Shown here: in pieces, positions 22,459 through 35,520 of the stretch
Layout: the number at the start of each line of letters is the position of its first letter
Numbering within the stretch: the first letter of the stretch is position 1
DNA from: TPA_inf: Saccharomyces
Lineage: Eukaryota
Reading direction: 5' to 3'
Assembly: GCA_000146045.2 (NCBI GenBank)
Contig: BK006941.2
Location: forward strand, 512,001 to 576,000
DNA length: 64,000 bases
The notes under the pieces: generated by a model
What the model was told of the DNA's origin: nothing
Seen by the model: only the letters and a program-made list of their open reading frames with translations
Databases searched by the model: none
Translations under genes and position numbers: made by a program

Positions 22459-23218
22459 GATTTATTAAATGTTCTATGATAAAGTAAAAAGTAAAAACAT
22501 ACTTGTTAGTAAAAAACCGAACTCTAGTAGAATTTGGGATAAAGACTATTTGCTAATGACTTGAATTGTAGATTGAATTTAACTGTAAATCACCACTAAG
22601 TACGTAGTTTCCTTCTCTCAAAGTACCATGGGTAGCTAGATCTGTGCTATGGAGCATATAACAGAGACATGGATATTCATCCCATTAAGGTAGAACAGGC
22701 TTTTATGACATATTAAATCCTGGATTGGCCAGTCACTATTTCATCTTATCCGCCTAATATTGGTTTCAAATTTATAGATACATACACTAAAACTAACAGG
22801 GCTTGACGGTTTTCGATAACAAAGAATACGATTTCAATATTCAACTGAGCAATCTTAATAGTATTAAATGCTTCGTGAACTTTAAGAGATACTTCGTGAA
22901 GTTGTTCTGTCGCACAATTCTTCCTGTAGAAGGCGTCCTTCGTTTTTTTGTCTTCGCGCGTTACAGGGTAAATGAACCTCTTTATGGGTGAATGGGTTAC
23001 ACAAATGCACGGATGCATATATAAAATATAGAATTTTGCTTTATATTATTTTGAGCGGGCTAGAATCCACTCAGTGTACAAAGTACTATTCATTATATTG
23101 AACTGAAGAGGCAAGAACTATTTAGCTCAATCAACCACCTTAATAAAGTATTTGGAGTGATATATCGGCTTGTTTTAGTTTAATTCTTGTGGATATTTAG
23201 ATATCAAGGTTGTTGGAA

Positions 23219-23514
23219 TAAAAATCCACTATCGTCTATCAACTAATAGTTATATTATCAATATATTATCATATACGGTGTTAAGATGATGACATAAGTT
23301 ATGAGAAGCTGTCATCGAAGTTAGAGGAAGCTGAAGTGCAAGGATTGATAATGTAATAGGATAATGAAACATATAAAACGGAATGAGGAATAATCGTAAT
23401 ATTAGTATGTAGAAATATAGATTCCATTTTGAGGATTCCTATATCCTTGAGGAGAACTTCTAGTATATTCTGTATACCTAATATTATAGCCTTTATCAAC
23501 AATGGAATCCCAAC
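23219..23514 (+). repeat. Ty1-type delta LTR, 3'-truncated (solo delta)
   Basis: Starts TGTTGGAATAAAAATCCACTATCG and is nearly identical to the LTRs of the adjacent Ty1 for about 295 bp. It diverges after ...atctcaacattc. Confidence 0.85.
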
Positions 23515-23759
23515 AATTATCTCAACATTCCCCCATTTTTCAAAGGTAATTTTTGGAATTCCTTGCAAAGCTGTAATTAGGTATACAAAATACACTAGAT
23601 ACTCTACTCGACGATATAGTAATCCTCATAAGGGAATCGGTATTTCTAATATTACGTTATTTTTATTTTCTTTTACTGTTTTCTATGTTGTAGTTCATAA
23701 TTCCATAACATTATTAATCCTAGTGCTTCAGCTTCCATTGAATCTGATGACTTTTTCTC
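23515..23759 (-). repeat. Divergent delta-like LTR fragment in the opposite orientation, 5'-truncated by the Ty1 insertion
   Basis: Its reverse complement aligns with internal and 3' delta sequence (gagaa..gtcatc..ggaagctgaagc..aggatt.ataatgt....gtatacctaat) at roughly 75-80% identity. Confidence 0.6.
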
Positions 23760-24056
23760 TGTTGGAATAAAAATCCACTATCGTCTATCAACTAATAGTT
23801 ATATTATCAATATATTATCATATACGGTGTTAAGATGATGACATAAGTTATGAGAAGCTGTCATCGAAGTTAGAGGAAGCTGAAACGCAAGGATTGATAA
23901 TGTAATAGGATCAATGAATATAAACATATAAAACGGAATGAGGAATAATCGTAATATTAGTATGTAGAAATATAGATTCCATTTTGAGGATTCCTATATC
24001 CTCGAGGAGAACTTCTAGTATATTCTGTATACCTAATATTATAGCCTTTATCAACA

Positions 24057-25379
24057 ATGGAATCCCAACAATTATCTCAACATTCACATATTTCTCATGG
24101 TAGCGCCTGTGCTTCGGTTACTTCTAAGGAAGTCCACACAAATCAAGATCCGTTAGACGTTTCAGCTTCCAAAACAGAAGAATGTGAGAAGGCTTCCACT
24201 AAGGCTAACTCTCAACAGACAACAACACCTGCTTCATCAGCTGTTCCAGAGAACCCCCATCATGCCTCTCCTCAAACTGCTCAGTCACATTCACCACAGA
24301 ATGGGCCGTACCCACAGCAGTGCATGATGACCCAAAACCAAGCCAATCCATCTGGTTGGTCATTTTACGGACACCCATCTATGATTCCGTATACACCTTA
24401 TCAAATGTCGCCTATGTACTTTCCACCTGGGCCACAATCACAGTTTCCGCAGTATCCATCATCAGTTGGAACGCCTCTGAGCACTCCATCACCTGAGTCA
24501 GGTAATACATTTACTGATTCATCCTCAGCGGACTCTGATATGACATCCACTAAAAAATATGTCAGACCACCACCAATGTTAACCTCACCTAATGACTTTC
24601 CAAATTGGGTTAAAACATACATCAAATTTTTACAAAACTCGAATCTCGGTGGTATTATTCCGACAGTAAACGGAAAACCCGTACGTCAGATCACTGATGA
24701 TGAACTCACCTTCTTGTATAACACTTTTCAAATATTTGCTCCCTCTCAATTCCTACCTACCTGGGTCAAAGACATCCTATCCGTTGATTATACGGATATC
24801 ATGAAAATTCTTTCCAAAAGTATTGAAAAAATGCAATCTGATACCCAAGAGGCAAACGACATTGTGACCCTGGCAAATTTGCAATATAATGGCAGTACAC
24901 CTGCAGATGCATTTGAAACAAAAGTCACAAACATTATCGACAGACTGAACAATAATGGCATTCATATCAATAACAAGGTCGCATGCCAATTAATTATGAG
25001 AGGTCTATCTGGCGAATATAAATTTTTACGCTACACACGTCATCGACATCTAAATATGACAGTCGCTGAACTGTTCTTAGATATCCATGCTATTTATGAA
25101 GAACAACAGGGATCGAGAAACAGCAAACCTAATTACAGGAGAAATCTGAGTGATGAGAAGAATGATTCTCGCAGCTATACGAATACAACCAAACCCAAAG
25201 TTATAGCTCGGAATCCTCAAAAAACAAATAATTCGAAATCGAAAACAGCCAGGGCTCACAATGTATCCACATCTAATAACTCTCCCAGCACGGACAACGA
25301 TTCCATCAGTAAATCAACTACTGAACCGATTCAATTGAACAATAAGCACGACCTTCACCTTAGGCCAGGAACTTACTGA
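24057..25379 (+). CDS. TYA: Ty1 TYA (Gag), 440 aa
   Basis: 440-aa [29 protein letters not shown]... starting inside the 5' LTR. Confidence 0.95.
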   Translation: MESQQLSQHSHISHGSACASVTSKEVHTNQDPLDVSASKTEECEKASTKANSQQTTTPASSAVPENPHHASPQTAQSHSPQNGPYPQQCMMTQNQANPSGWSFYGHPSMIPYTPYQMSPMYFPPGPQSQFPQYPSSVGTPLSTPSPESGNTFTDSSSADSDMTSTKKYVRPPPMLTSPNDFPNWVKTYIKFLQNSNLGGIIPTVNGKPVRQITDDELTFLYNTFQIFAPSQFLPTWVKDILSVDYTDIMKILSKSIEKMQSDTQEANDIVTLANLQYNGSTPADAFETKVTNIIDRLNNNGIHINNKVACQLIMRGLSGEYKFLRYTRHRHLNMTVAELFLDIHAIYEEQQGSRNSKPNYRRNLSDEKNDSRSYTNTTKPKVIARNPQKTNNSKSKTARAHNVSTSNNSPSTDNDSISKSTTEPIQLNNKHDLHLRPGTY

Positions 25380-28300
25380 ATCTACGGTAAATCACACTAA
25401 TCATTCTGATGATGAACTCCCTGGACACCTCCTTCTCGATTCAGGAGCATCACGAACCCTTATAAGATCTGCTCATCACATACACTCAGCATCATCTAAT
25501 CCTGACATAAACGTAGTTGATGCTCAAAAAAGAAATATACCAATTAACGCTATTGGTGACCTACAATTTCACTTCCAGGACAACACCAAAACATCAATAA
25601 AGGTATTGCACACTCCTAACATAGCCTATGACTTACTCAGTTTGAATGAATTGGCTGCAGTAGATATCACAGCATGCTTTACCAAAAACGTCTTAGAACG
25701 ATCTGACGGCACTGTACTTGCACCTATCGTACAATATGGAGACTTTTACTGGGTATCTAAAAGGTACTTGCTTCCATCAAATATCTCCGTACCCACCATC
25801 AATAATGTCCATACAAGTGAAAGTACACGCAAATATCCTTATCCTTTCATTCATCGAATGCTTGCGCATGCCAATGCACAGACAATTCGATACTCACTTA
25901 AAAATAACACCATCACGTATTTTAACGAATCAGATGTCGACTGGTCTAGTGCTATTGACTATCAATGTCCTGATTGTTTAATCGGCAAAAGCACCAAACA
26001 CAGACATATCAAAGGTTCACGACTAAAATACCAAAATTCATACGAACCCTTTCAATACCTACATACTGACATATTTGGTCCAGTTCACAACCTACCAAAA
26101 AGTGCACCATCCTATTTCATCTCATTTACTGATGAGACAACAAAATTCCGTTGGGTTTATCCATTGCACGACCGTCGCGAGGACTCTATCCTCGATGTAT
26201 TTACCACGATACTAGCTTTCATTAAAAACCAATTTCAGGCCAGTGTCTTGGTTATACAAATGGACCGTGGTTCTGAGTATACTAACAGAACTCTCCATAA
26301 ATTCCTTGAAAAAAATGGTATAACTCCATGCTATACAACCACAGCGGATTCCCGAGCACATGGAGTCGCTGAACGGCTAAACCGTACCTTATTAGATGAC
26401 TGCCGTACTCAACTGCAATGTAGTGGTTTACCGAACCATTTATGGTTCTCTGCAATCGAATTTTCTACTATTGTGAGAAATTCACTAGCTTCACCTAAAA
26501 GCAAAAAATCTGCAAGACAACATGCTGGCTTGGCAGGACTTGATATCAGTACTTTGTTACCTTTCGGTCAACCTGTTATCGTCAATGATCACAACCCTAA
26601 CTCCAAAATACATCCTCGTGGCATCCCAGGCTACGCTCTACATCCGTCTCGAAACTCTTATGGATATATCATCTATCTTCCATCCTTAAAGAAGACAGTA
26701 GATACAACTAACTATGTTATTCTTCAGGGCAAGGAATCCAGATTAGATCAATTCAATTACGACGCACTCACTTTCGATGAAGACTTAAACCGTTTAACTG
26801 CTTCATATCATTCGTTCATTGCGTCAAATGAGATCCAAGAATCCAATGATCTTAACATAGAATCTGACCATGACTTCCAATCCGACATTGAACTACATCC
26901 TGAGCAACCGAGAAATGTCCTTTCAAAAGCTGTGAGTCCAACCGATTCCACACCTCCGTCAACTCATACTGAAGATTCGAAACGTGTTTCTAAAACCAAT
27001 ATTCGCGCACCCAGAGAAGTTGACCCCAACATATCTGAATCTAATATTCTTCCATCAAAGAAGAGATCTAGCACCCCCCAAATTTCCAATATCGAGAGTA
27101 CCGGTTCGGGTGGTATGCATAAATTAAATGTTCCTTTACTTGCTCCCATGTCCCAATCTAACACACATGAGTCGTCGCACGCCAGTAAATCTAAAGATTT
27201 CAGACACTCAGACTCGTACAGTGAAAATGAGACTAATCATACAAACGTACCAATATCCAGTACGGGTGGTACCAACAACAAAACTGTTCCGCAGATAAGT
27301 GACCAAGAGACTGAGAAAAGGATTATACACCGTTCACCTTCAATCGATGCTTCTCCACCGGAAAATAATTCATCGCACAATATTGTTCCTATCAAAACGC
27401 CAACTACTGTTTCTGAACAGAATACCGAGGAATCTATCATCGCTGATCTCCCACTCCCTGATCTACCTCCAGAATCTCCTACCGAATTCCCTGACCCATT
27501 TAAAGAACTCCCACCGATCAATTCTCGTCAAACTAATTCCAGTTTGGGTGGTATTGGTGACTCTAATGCCTATACTACTATCAACAGTAAGAAAAGATCA
27601 TTAGAAGATAATGAAACTGAAATTAAGGTATCACGAGACACATGGAATACTAAGAATATGCGTAGTTTAGAACCTCCGAGATCGAAGAAACGAATTCACC
27701 TGATTGCAGCTGTAAAAGCAGTAAAATCAATCAAACCAATACGGACAACCTTACGATACGATGAGGCAATCACCTATAATAAAGATATTAAAGAAAAAGA
27801 AAAATATATCGAGGCATACCACAAAGAAGTCAATCAACTGTTGAAGATGAAAACTTGGGACACTGACGAATATTATGACAGAAAAGAAATAGACCCTAAA
27901 AGAGTAATAAACTCAATGTTTATCTTCAACAAGAAACGTGACGGTACTCATAAAGCTAGATTTGTTGCAAGAGGTGATATTCAGCATCCTGACACTTACG
28001 ACTCAGGCATGCAATCCAATACCGTACATCACTATGCATTAATGACATCCCTGTCACTTGCATTAGACAATAACTACTATATTACACAATTAGACATATC
28101 TTCGGCATATTTGTATGCAGACATCAAAGAAGAATTATACATAAGACCTCCACCACATTTAGGAATGAATGATAAGTTGATACGTTTGAAGAAATCACTT
28201 TATGGATTGAAACAAAGTGGAGCGAACTGGTACGAAACTATCAAATCATACCTGATACAACAATGTGGTATGGAAGAAGTTCGTGGATGGTCATGCGTAT

Positions 28301-29325
28301 TTAAAAACAGTCAAGTGACAATTTGTTTATTCGTAGATGATATGGTATTGTTTAGCAAAAATCTAAATTCAAACAAAAGAATTATAGACAAGCTTAAGAT
28401 GCAATACGACACCAAGATTATAAATCTAGGCGAAAGTGATGAGGAAATTCAATATGACATTCTTGGCTTGGAAATCAAATACCAAAGAGGTAAATACATG
28501 AAATTGGGTATGGAAAACTCATTAACTGAAAAAATACCCAAACTAAACGTACCTTTGAACCCAAAAGGAAGGAAACTTAGCGCTCCAGGTCAACCAGGTC
28601 TATATATAGACCAGCAAGAACTAGAGCTAGAAGAAGATGATTACAAAATGAAGGTACATGAAATGCAAAAGCTGATAGGTCTAGCATCATATGTTGGATA
28701 TAAATTTAGATTTGACCTATTATACTACATCAACACACTTGCACAACATATACTATTTCCGTCCAAGCAAGTGTTAGATATGACATATGAATTGATACAG
28801 TTCATATGGAATACGAGAGATAAGCAATTAATATGGCACAAAAGCAAACCTGTTAAGCCAACAAATAAATTAGTTGTTATAAGCGATGCCTCGTATGGCA
28901 ACCAACCGTATTATAAATCACAAATTGGCAACATATATTTACTTAATGGAAAGGTAATTGGAGGAAAGTCCACCAAGGCTTCATTAACATGTACTTCAAC
29001 TACGGAAGCAGAAATACACGCGATAAGTGAATCTGTCCCATTATTAAATAATCTAAGTTACCTGATACAAGAACTTGACAAGAAACCAATTACCAAAGGA
29101 TTACTAACCGACAGTAAATCTACAATCAGTATAATTATATCCAATAATGAAGAGAAATTTAGGAACAGATTTTTTGGTACTAAAGCAATGAGATTGAGAG
29201 ATGAAGTATCAGGAAATCATCTGCACGTATGCTATATCGAAACCAAAAAGAATATTGCAGACGTAATGACCAAACCTCTTCCGATAAAAACATTCAAACT
29301 ATTAACAAACAAATGGATTCATTAG
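25359..29325 (+). CDS. TYB: Ty1 TYB (protease-integrase-RT-RNase H), expressed as a Gag-Pol fusion by +1 ribosomal frameshift at CTT AGG C (25359-25365)
   Basis: +1 frame ORF 25606-29325 with protease DSGAS, the integrase HHCC/DDE core, RT YxDD (FVDDM) and RNase H motifs. The frameshift heptamer is in the TYA frame, 38 bp before the TYA stop. Confidence 0.95.
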
Positions 29326-29849
29326 ATCTATTACATTATGGGTGGTATGTTGGAATAAAAATCCACTATCGTCTATCAACTAATAGTTATATTATCAATA
29401 TATTATCATATACGGTGTTAAGATGATGACATAAGTTATGAGAAGCTGTCATCGAAGTTAGAGGAAGCTGAAACGCAAGGATTGATAATGTAATAGGATC
29501 AATGAATATAAACATATAAAACGGAATGAGGAATAATCGTAATATTAGTATGTAGAAATATAGATTCCATTTTGAGGATTCCTATATCCTCGAGGAGAAC
29601 TTCTAGTATATTCTGTATACCTAATATTATAGCCTTTATCAACAATGGAATCCCAACAATTATCTCAACATTCACATATTTCTCATTCTCAATCTTCATG
29701 GTATCTTTTTTACACCGTATATGATAAAATACAAGTAATATAAATACCAGCCACTGGATGACATTGAAATTTTATTCTAATAAATGCATCAGCTCTTTAA
29801 AAACATTGCTATTTAGCTATTTGAAGCCAGAAATTTTCACAGATTACCA

Positions 29850-29921
29850 TCCGATATAGTGTAACGGCTATCACATCACGCTTTCACCGTGGAGACCGGG
29901 GTTCGACTCCCCGTATCGGAG
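29850..29921 (+). tRNA. tE(UUC): tRNA-Glu (anticodon UUC)
   Basis: tccgatatagtgtaacggctatcacatcacgctttcaccgtggagaccggggttcgactccccgtatcggag matches yeast tRNA-Glu(UUC). It lies 165 bp downstream of the Ty1 3' LTR. Confidence 0.95.
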
Positions 29922-30109
29922 TGTTCTTTTTCTTACCTCTTGAAAAAGAGGTAGTAAAGTCAATATAAATTCTTGGCTGAAGTATTTCAATACAATTGGT
30001 CAAGGAAGTTATTATTTTTTTAATGACTTATATCTGTCCAACACAACAGGTTACACCATATAATCTCTATTTACTGGACAGGCGGAAATCGATAGTTTAG
30101 CTTTCCTAA

Positions 30110-31291
<1,182 letters not shown>

Positions 31292-31552
31292 GGAAGGAAA
31301 ATTAGAAAAAAAAGAAGAAAGCTTTTTATTCACGCATCATATCATATCAGATAAGCTAGTTTTCACATAATATGTGTATATGCAGTATACTCCTGTACAT
31401 AACTTCCTTTATTTCTGCTTTATAATTATATACTAGTTATTTTTCTTGGGCCGCTTTTATTACGGCAACTATTCTATCAGGTTTAGTCATAATCTAAATC
31501 TAAAGATGGGGAAAAGCCAAAAACACTCAACTTTCAATGAATACAAAGCTTC

Positions 31553-32205
31553 ATGAAAGCAATAGATAAAATGACGGATAATCCACCACAAGAAGGCTTA
31601 AGTGGGAGGAAAATAATATATGACGAAGATGGCAAACCGTATGTTGGATTACGCAAAGCAATTCAGGATCTACTGATCCAATCAAGCTTGTGATTTTTTA
31701 TTAACAAATTCTCTATAATAGTTGCCGATCATGTAACACCCTACTTGACTTTCAGTACGTGACCGGGAAGATATCTAATGGCCTGAAGAACCTCTCATCT
31801 AACGGTAAACTAGCAGGTACGGGGGCTCTCACTGGCGAAGCTTCAGAGTTGATGCCTGGCTCAAGAACATACAGGAAGGTTGACCCTCCTGACGTAGAGC
31901 AACTAGGTAGATCTTCATGGACGCTGTTACACTCTGTAGCTGCCAGCTATCCTGCTCAACCTACAGACCAACAGAAGGGTGAAATGAAACAGTTCTTGAA
32001 TATCTTCTCACATATTTATCCTTGCAACTGGTGTGCTAAAGACTTTGAAAAATATATCAGAGAAAATGCACCACAAGTTGAGTCAAGAGAAGAACTTGGG
32101 AGGTGGATGTGTGAAGCCCACAATAAAGTCAATAAGAAATTGAGGAAGCCCAAATTTGACTGTAATTTCTGGGAAAAAAGATGGAAGGACGGCTGGGACG
32201 AATAA
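31553..32205 (+). CDS. ERV1: FAD-linked sulfhydryl oxidase Erv1 (mitochondrial IMS disulfide relay), 189 aa, two exons: 31553-31638 and 31722-32205
   Basis: Exon 1 encodes MKAIDKMTDNPPQEGLSGRKIIYDEDGK and ends cc|GTATGT. Exon 2 follows the 3' splice site aatAG| and continues P-CRSC (the shuttle cysteine pair) through the Erv/ALR core with the CxxC motif in YPCNWCAKDF. Confidence 0.85.
31639..31721 (+). other. ERV1 intron, 83 nt, with GTATGT 5' splice site and AG 3' splice site
   Basis: Splicing is required to join the two in-frame pieces of Erv1. The best branch-point candidate, TATTAAC at 31699-31705, is non-canonical. Confidence 0.75.
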
Positions 32206-32576
32206 GTACAATCTCAGAATTCTGAAGGAACACATAAAAGACAATTTATACATATTTACAGATTCTCGTGTATATAACACTCCAATCGTATTGATCAGTC
32301 ATATGTTGGCTTTTTTATTTAGGCTTGAGCTCTAACTTTCCAGATGAATGACTTTTCTACTAATATATGTTAGGATTAATAGTTTTATATGTATAAAAAT
32401 ATTTAGTCAGTATTTAGCTAAAAAGTTTACTTTCAAAGAATTGTCATGTTTGCAGCTAGTGCCTCTGGTCTTTTGAGTATTCCCAGCCCTTGTTTAGAGG
32501 TCATCAAGAATGAACTTGAAATTAGCCGTATCAGTGGTATTAACCTCTTCTAAGAAGAGCAGAAAAAGAAAAAAAT

Positions 32577-32648
32577 CTCCGCGACGGGGAATTGAACCCC
32601 GATCTGGCACGCGACAAGCGCCCATTCTGACCATTAAACTATCACGGA
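32577..32648 (-). tRNA. tD(GUC): tRNA-Asp (anticodon GUC), second copy, minus strand
   Basis: Exact reverse complement of the 72-nt tRNA-Asp at 19610-19681. Confidence 0.95.
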
Positions 32649-33680
32649 AGAAATATCTGTGAAATGTGACTCTTATAGCATACTATTTTAGTTATGAATT
32701 GTGAAAATCCTCCCTGTCCTGCGTTCTACAATTTATTTAGTACTTGTTTGGCAAAAACGTCTCTCAGTGCCATTTACTTTGTAAAAAGTGCAGACTACAT
32801 CGCATCAACGGTCATATTAGGAGCCACTTCTATTTTTAACTCAACATGATCATTCAAAAATGTCGATACACTTGCATTTTATTGTACATACTAGTTGGAA
32901 GAGGCAGCGTCGATTTTGCTGAAATTTCTAGTAACTTGTAGCAGCAATACATTATATCATAAAAATAACCTGACTTGTAAAAGTTGAAACCCTAACTTTT
33001 ATTATTTCTTTCAATATTTTTCGATTAGACGTGAAAGATGACCAAGCACAACTAACAAAAAATTTGCATCCTCATAAAAAGCAAGACTTTTTGTATGTCG
33101 AAACAAAATTATTAAAAAACACGCATTAACACAGACACGAATTTGGCATACTTTCATTTTACTTTATATCTAGTGAAAAGTAGAAATTGTTTAAGGGAAC
33201 TACTTCACAGTGACCACTGATACTAGAATATGGAAATAAGAAAAGTTGCTAAGTAGGAGCCTAACAATCTTTTTTTATATTTTTCCATATTCCTTTATTG
33301 TCATGGGTCAAGACTGTATATGTTAGTGAAAGTTTTAGGGTTCTTGTGACAAACTTCACCAACATAAACATGGCCTCTTCGAAGATCCGTAGATTTTGCA
33401 TTTTTGCGGTGGTTTATGGATTCAAAGCGAGGCCTAAATTAACGATCATGTCTTTGCTATTATATCAGAGGGCATATCATTGAATTTCCGATTTCCAAAG
33501 GGAAGAAAATAAATAAAGTTGTGCTATTTCCATGCATCCTTTTTTCTTTCATTCAATGACACATACTTCTTGTAGTAGGAACAATTGGTAGTTCTGATAT
33601 CGATTAAGCCTTCTAAAAATGCTTTATATTATAAAGTACAAATGCAAGAAGTAGCTATGGATGCTAAAGAGCTGGTCGAT

Positions 33681-34157
33681 TTATTGTTTGGTGAATGAAT
33701 GTAGGTTTAAATCAATGATCTCTGAATCAGAAACAAGGGTGACCAAAATTGGAACCTTGAGCCTTTCTTCCTGTAGTTCATTTCTGCCTTCTCTTTTTAT
33801 ATCGAACGATGTTAATTTATTCCACTGATAAATTTTCTTATTGTTCTTAATATAACCCTTTTTAAATATTTCCAAAATACTTAACATTTTTTGAATATGT
33901 GGACCGTAAGAGAATATACAAACTACTTGTTGTAGACCCAAACTTCTATCTGCCATGTTGATTTGTTTATCTAACTTATTTACAGACTTCTTAATGTTAT
34001 CGTTCTTCGATATGCCATGATACTGTATTGATGTACTGTTGTTACCATTATTTGCTAAGGACGGTATAACTGTTTCTTTGAGAAACCGAAGACATTGAGT
34101 GGAGGAAGAGATATCCAAATCTCTACTAATTTCATTGTAATATACGCCATTGATCAT
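33681..34157 (-). CDS. POP6: RNase P / RNase MRP protein subunit Pop6, 158 aa
   Basis: The 158-aa ORF MINGVYYNEISRDLDISSSTQCLRFLKETVIPSL... matches Pop6. Confidence 0.85.
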   Translation of the reverse strand: MINGVYYNEISRDLDISSSTQCLRFLKETVIPSLANNGNNSTSIQYHGISKNDNIKKSVNKLDKQINMADRSLGLQQVVCIFSYGPHIQKMLSILEIFKKGYIKNNKKIYQWNKLTSFDIKREGRNELQEERLKVPILVTLVSDSEIIDLNLHSFTKQ

Positions 34158-34440
34158 TTTGATTTGCTTTTATCTTTTTTTCTTCTTCTTCTTTTCAATC
34201 TCTTCCAAACAATCTTGGCCTCATCTTCATGGAATTTTTCGAAATACTCATCAGCAAGTGTCCGATGCCTTCTCAATTTTTTCCAAGAGCGTGCGGGGGT
34301 TGGTTATCCAGTACATGTGTTGCTTGAAACTGCCAACAAAAAAGAAAAGAAAATAAGAATATATTAGTACGCCAATAGTAAACGTCACCCCGAGGTTTAA
34401 AAACTAACCGTGATATACGAGGAGAATTGGTAACGGTACA

Positions 34441-35469
34441 ATGATGATACTGGGTAAAGCCGGGATCCTGGCACAGTATGGGACAATATATGTGAGACAA
34501 AATACCATTCGGAATAATTTAAGTTCCTGCATTTTTAAGCAGTCACTATGTGCCTTTCATTCATTAGCAAAGGTGCTGCAACAAAAGCAAGTCCCACTGG
34601 ACCTTTCATATGACATAATCAAGAGAGATGCAGTAAAAACTGGGGATGAAGGGAAGCCAAGACCACCTATTATCATACTTCACGGCTTATTCGGTAACAA
34701 GCTCAACAACCGAAGCATTGGCCGTAACCTTAACAAGAAATTGGGAAGAGACGTGTATCTGCTGGACCTAAGAAATCATGGATCCTCACCACACAGTTCA
34801 GTCCATAACTACGAAGTCATGTCGGAAGACGTGAAACACTTTATCACAAAGCACGAATTAAACACCAATGGAGGCCCTATTATAATAGGACACTCAATGG
34901 GTGGTAAAGTTGCCATGATGCTGGTCCTGAAAAACCCGCAACTTTGTTCGATGTTAGTCTGTATAGAGAACGCTCCGGTGAGTTTGCGCCCTAACGCTGA
35001 GTTTGTCGAATACATCAAAGCGCTGATGGAAATCGTCAACGACAAGGGCAAAACTATCCGCACGCTGAAACAGGCTGATGAACACCTTGCAGAGAGGATC
35101 GGCGGCAATGAGCTAGTAAGGCGGTTTCTCCTAACGGCGCTGAAAAAGGTCAAGATGGACAATTCATCGTCTGTGTCGTCATATACATTCGAAGAACGAA
35201 TTCCCCTCGCAACACTGAAAGATGCCATTGTCAAAGGTGAAATTGCCGCGTGGCCCCTAGATCCTGCTCGTGAACGATGGACGCGGCCTGCGCTATTCAT
35301 CAGGGCTACTCAATCGCATTATGTGGTAGACGAGTATCTTCCGATCATCGGCGCGTTCTTTCCACGCTTTGAAACACGTGACATCGATGCGGGTCACTGG
35401 GTAAATGCGGAGAAGCCTGGGGAATGTGCCGAAAGCATCGTCGATTTTGTGGAGCGGCACGAGGATTAA
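34441..35469 (+). CDS. IMO32: Mitochondrial alpha/beta-hydrolase (ABHD11-like), 342 aa
   Basis: 342-aa ORF with an N-terminal presequence-like region, the GHSMGG nucleophile motif and HGLFG. It is paralogous to the YGR015C product. Confidence 0.75.
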   Translation: MMILGKAGILAQYGTIYVRQNTIRNNLSSCIFKQSLCAFHSLAKVLQQKQVPLDLSYDIIKRDAVKTGDEGKPRPPIIILHGLFGNKLNNRSIGRNLNKKLGRDVYLLDLRNHGSSPHSSVHNYEVMSEDVKHFITKHELNTNGGPIIIGHSMGGKVAMMLVLKNPQLCSMLVCIENAPVSLRPNAEFVEYIKALMEIVNDKGKTIRTLKQADEHLAERIGGNELVRRFLLTALKKVKMDNSSSVSSYTFEERIPLATLKDAIVKGEIAAWPLDPARERWTRPALFIRATQSHYVVDEYLPIIGAFFPRFETRDIDAGHWVNAEKPGECAESIVDFVERHED

Positions 35470-35505
35470 AGGCAAGCGCCCCGGAGCAAGGTGCCAGTAG
35501 CACCA

Positions 35506-35520
35506 GTCGGTGGCTGTGCG
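35506..35520 (+). promoter_or_regulatory. Candidate calcineurin-dependent response element (Crz1 site, GNGGCKCA-like) in the GSC2/FKS2 promoter
   Basis: gtcGGTGGCTGTGcg lies about 750 bp upstream of the GSC2 ATG. The FKS2 CDRE has been reported at roughly this distance and contains a GGTGGCTG core, but this is from memory and not verified. Confidence 0.4.

Larger units (their letters stand above)
23760..29685 (+). mobile_element. Full-length Ty1 LTR retrotransposon on the plus strand, 5926 bp, apparently intact, with TTCTC target-site duplication (YGRWTy1-1-like)
   Basis: 338-bp direct LTRs at 23760-24097 and 29348-29685, each with TG...CA termini. The tRNA-iMet PBS TGGTAGCGCC follows the 5' LTR at 24098, and the PPT TGGGTGGTA precedes the 3' LTR. 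TYA and TYB are intact with a CTT-AGG-C +1 frameshift site. TTCTC flanks both ends (23755-23759 and 29686-29690). Confidence 0.95.

Noticed and set aside
22746-23018. 90-aa minus-strand ORF upstream of RPS25A
   Set aside because: It lies in the RPS25A promoter / delta-flanking region and has no similarity to anything I recognise. It is probably spurious.
25381-25605. Apparent gap between the TYA stop and the first Met of the TYB ORF in each Ty element
   Set aside because: This is not a real intergenic gap. TYB is translated as a Gag-Pol fusion by +1 frameshifting at CTT AGG C, and the ORF-finder only reports from the first in-frame ATG.
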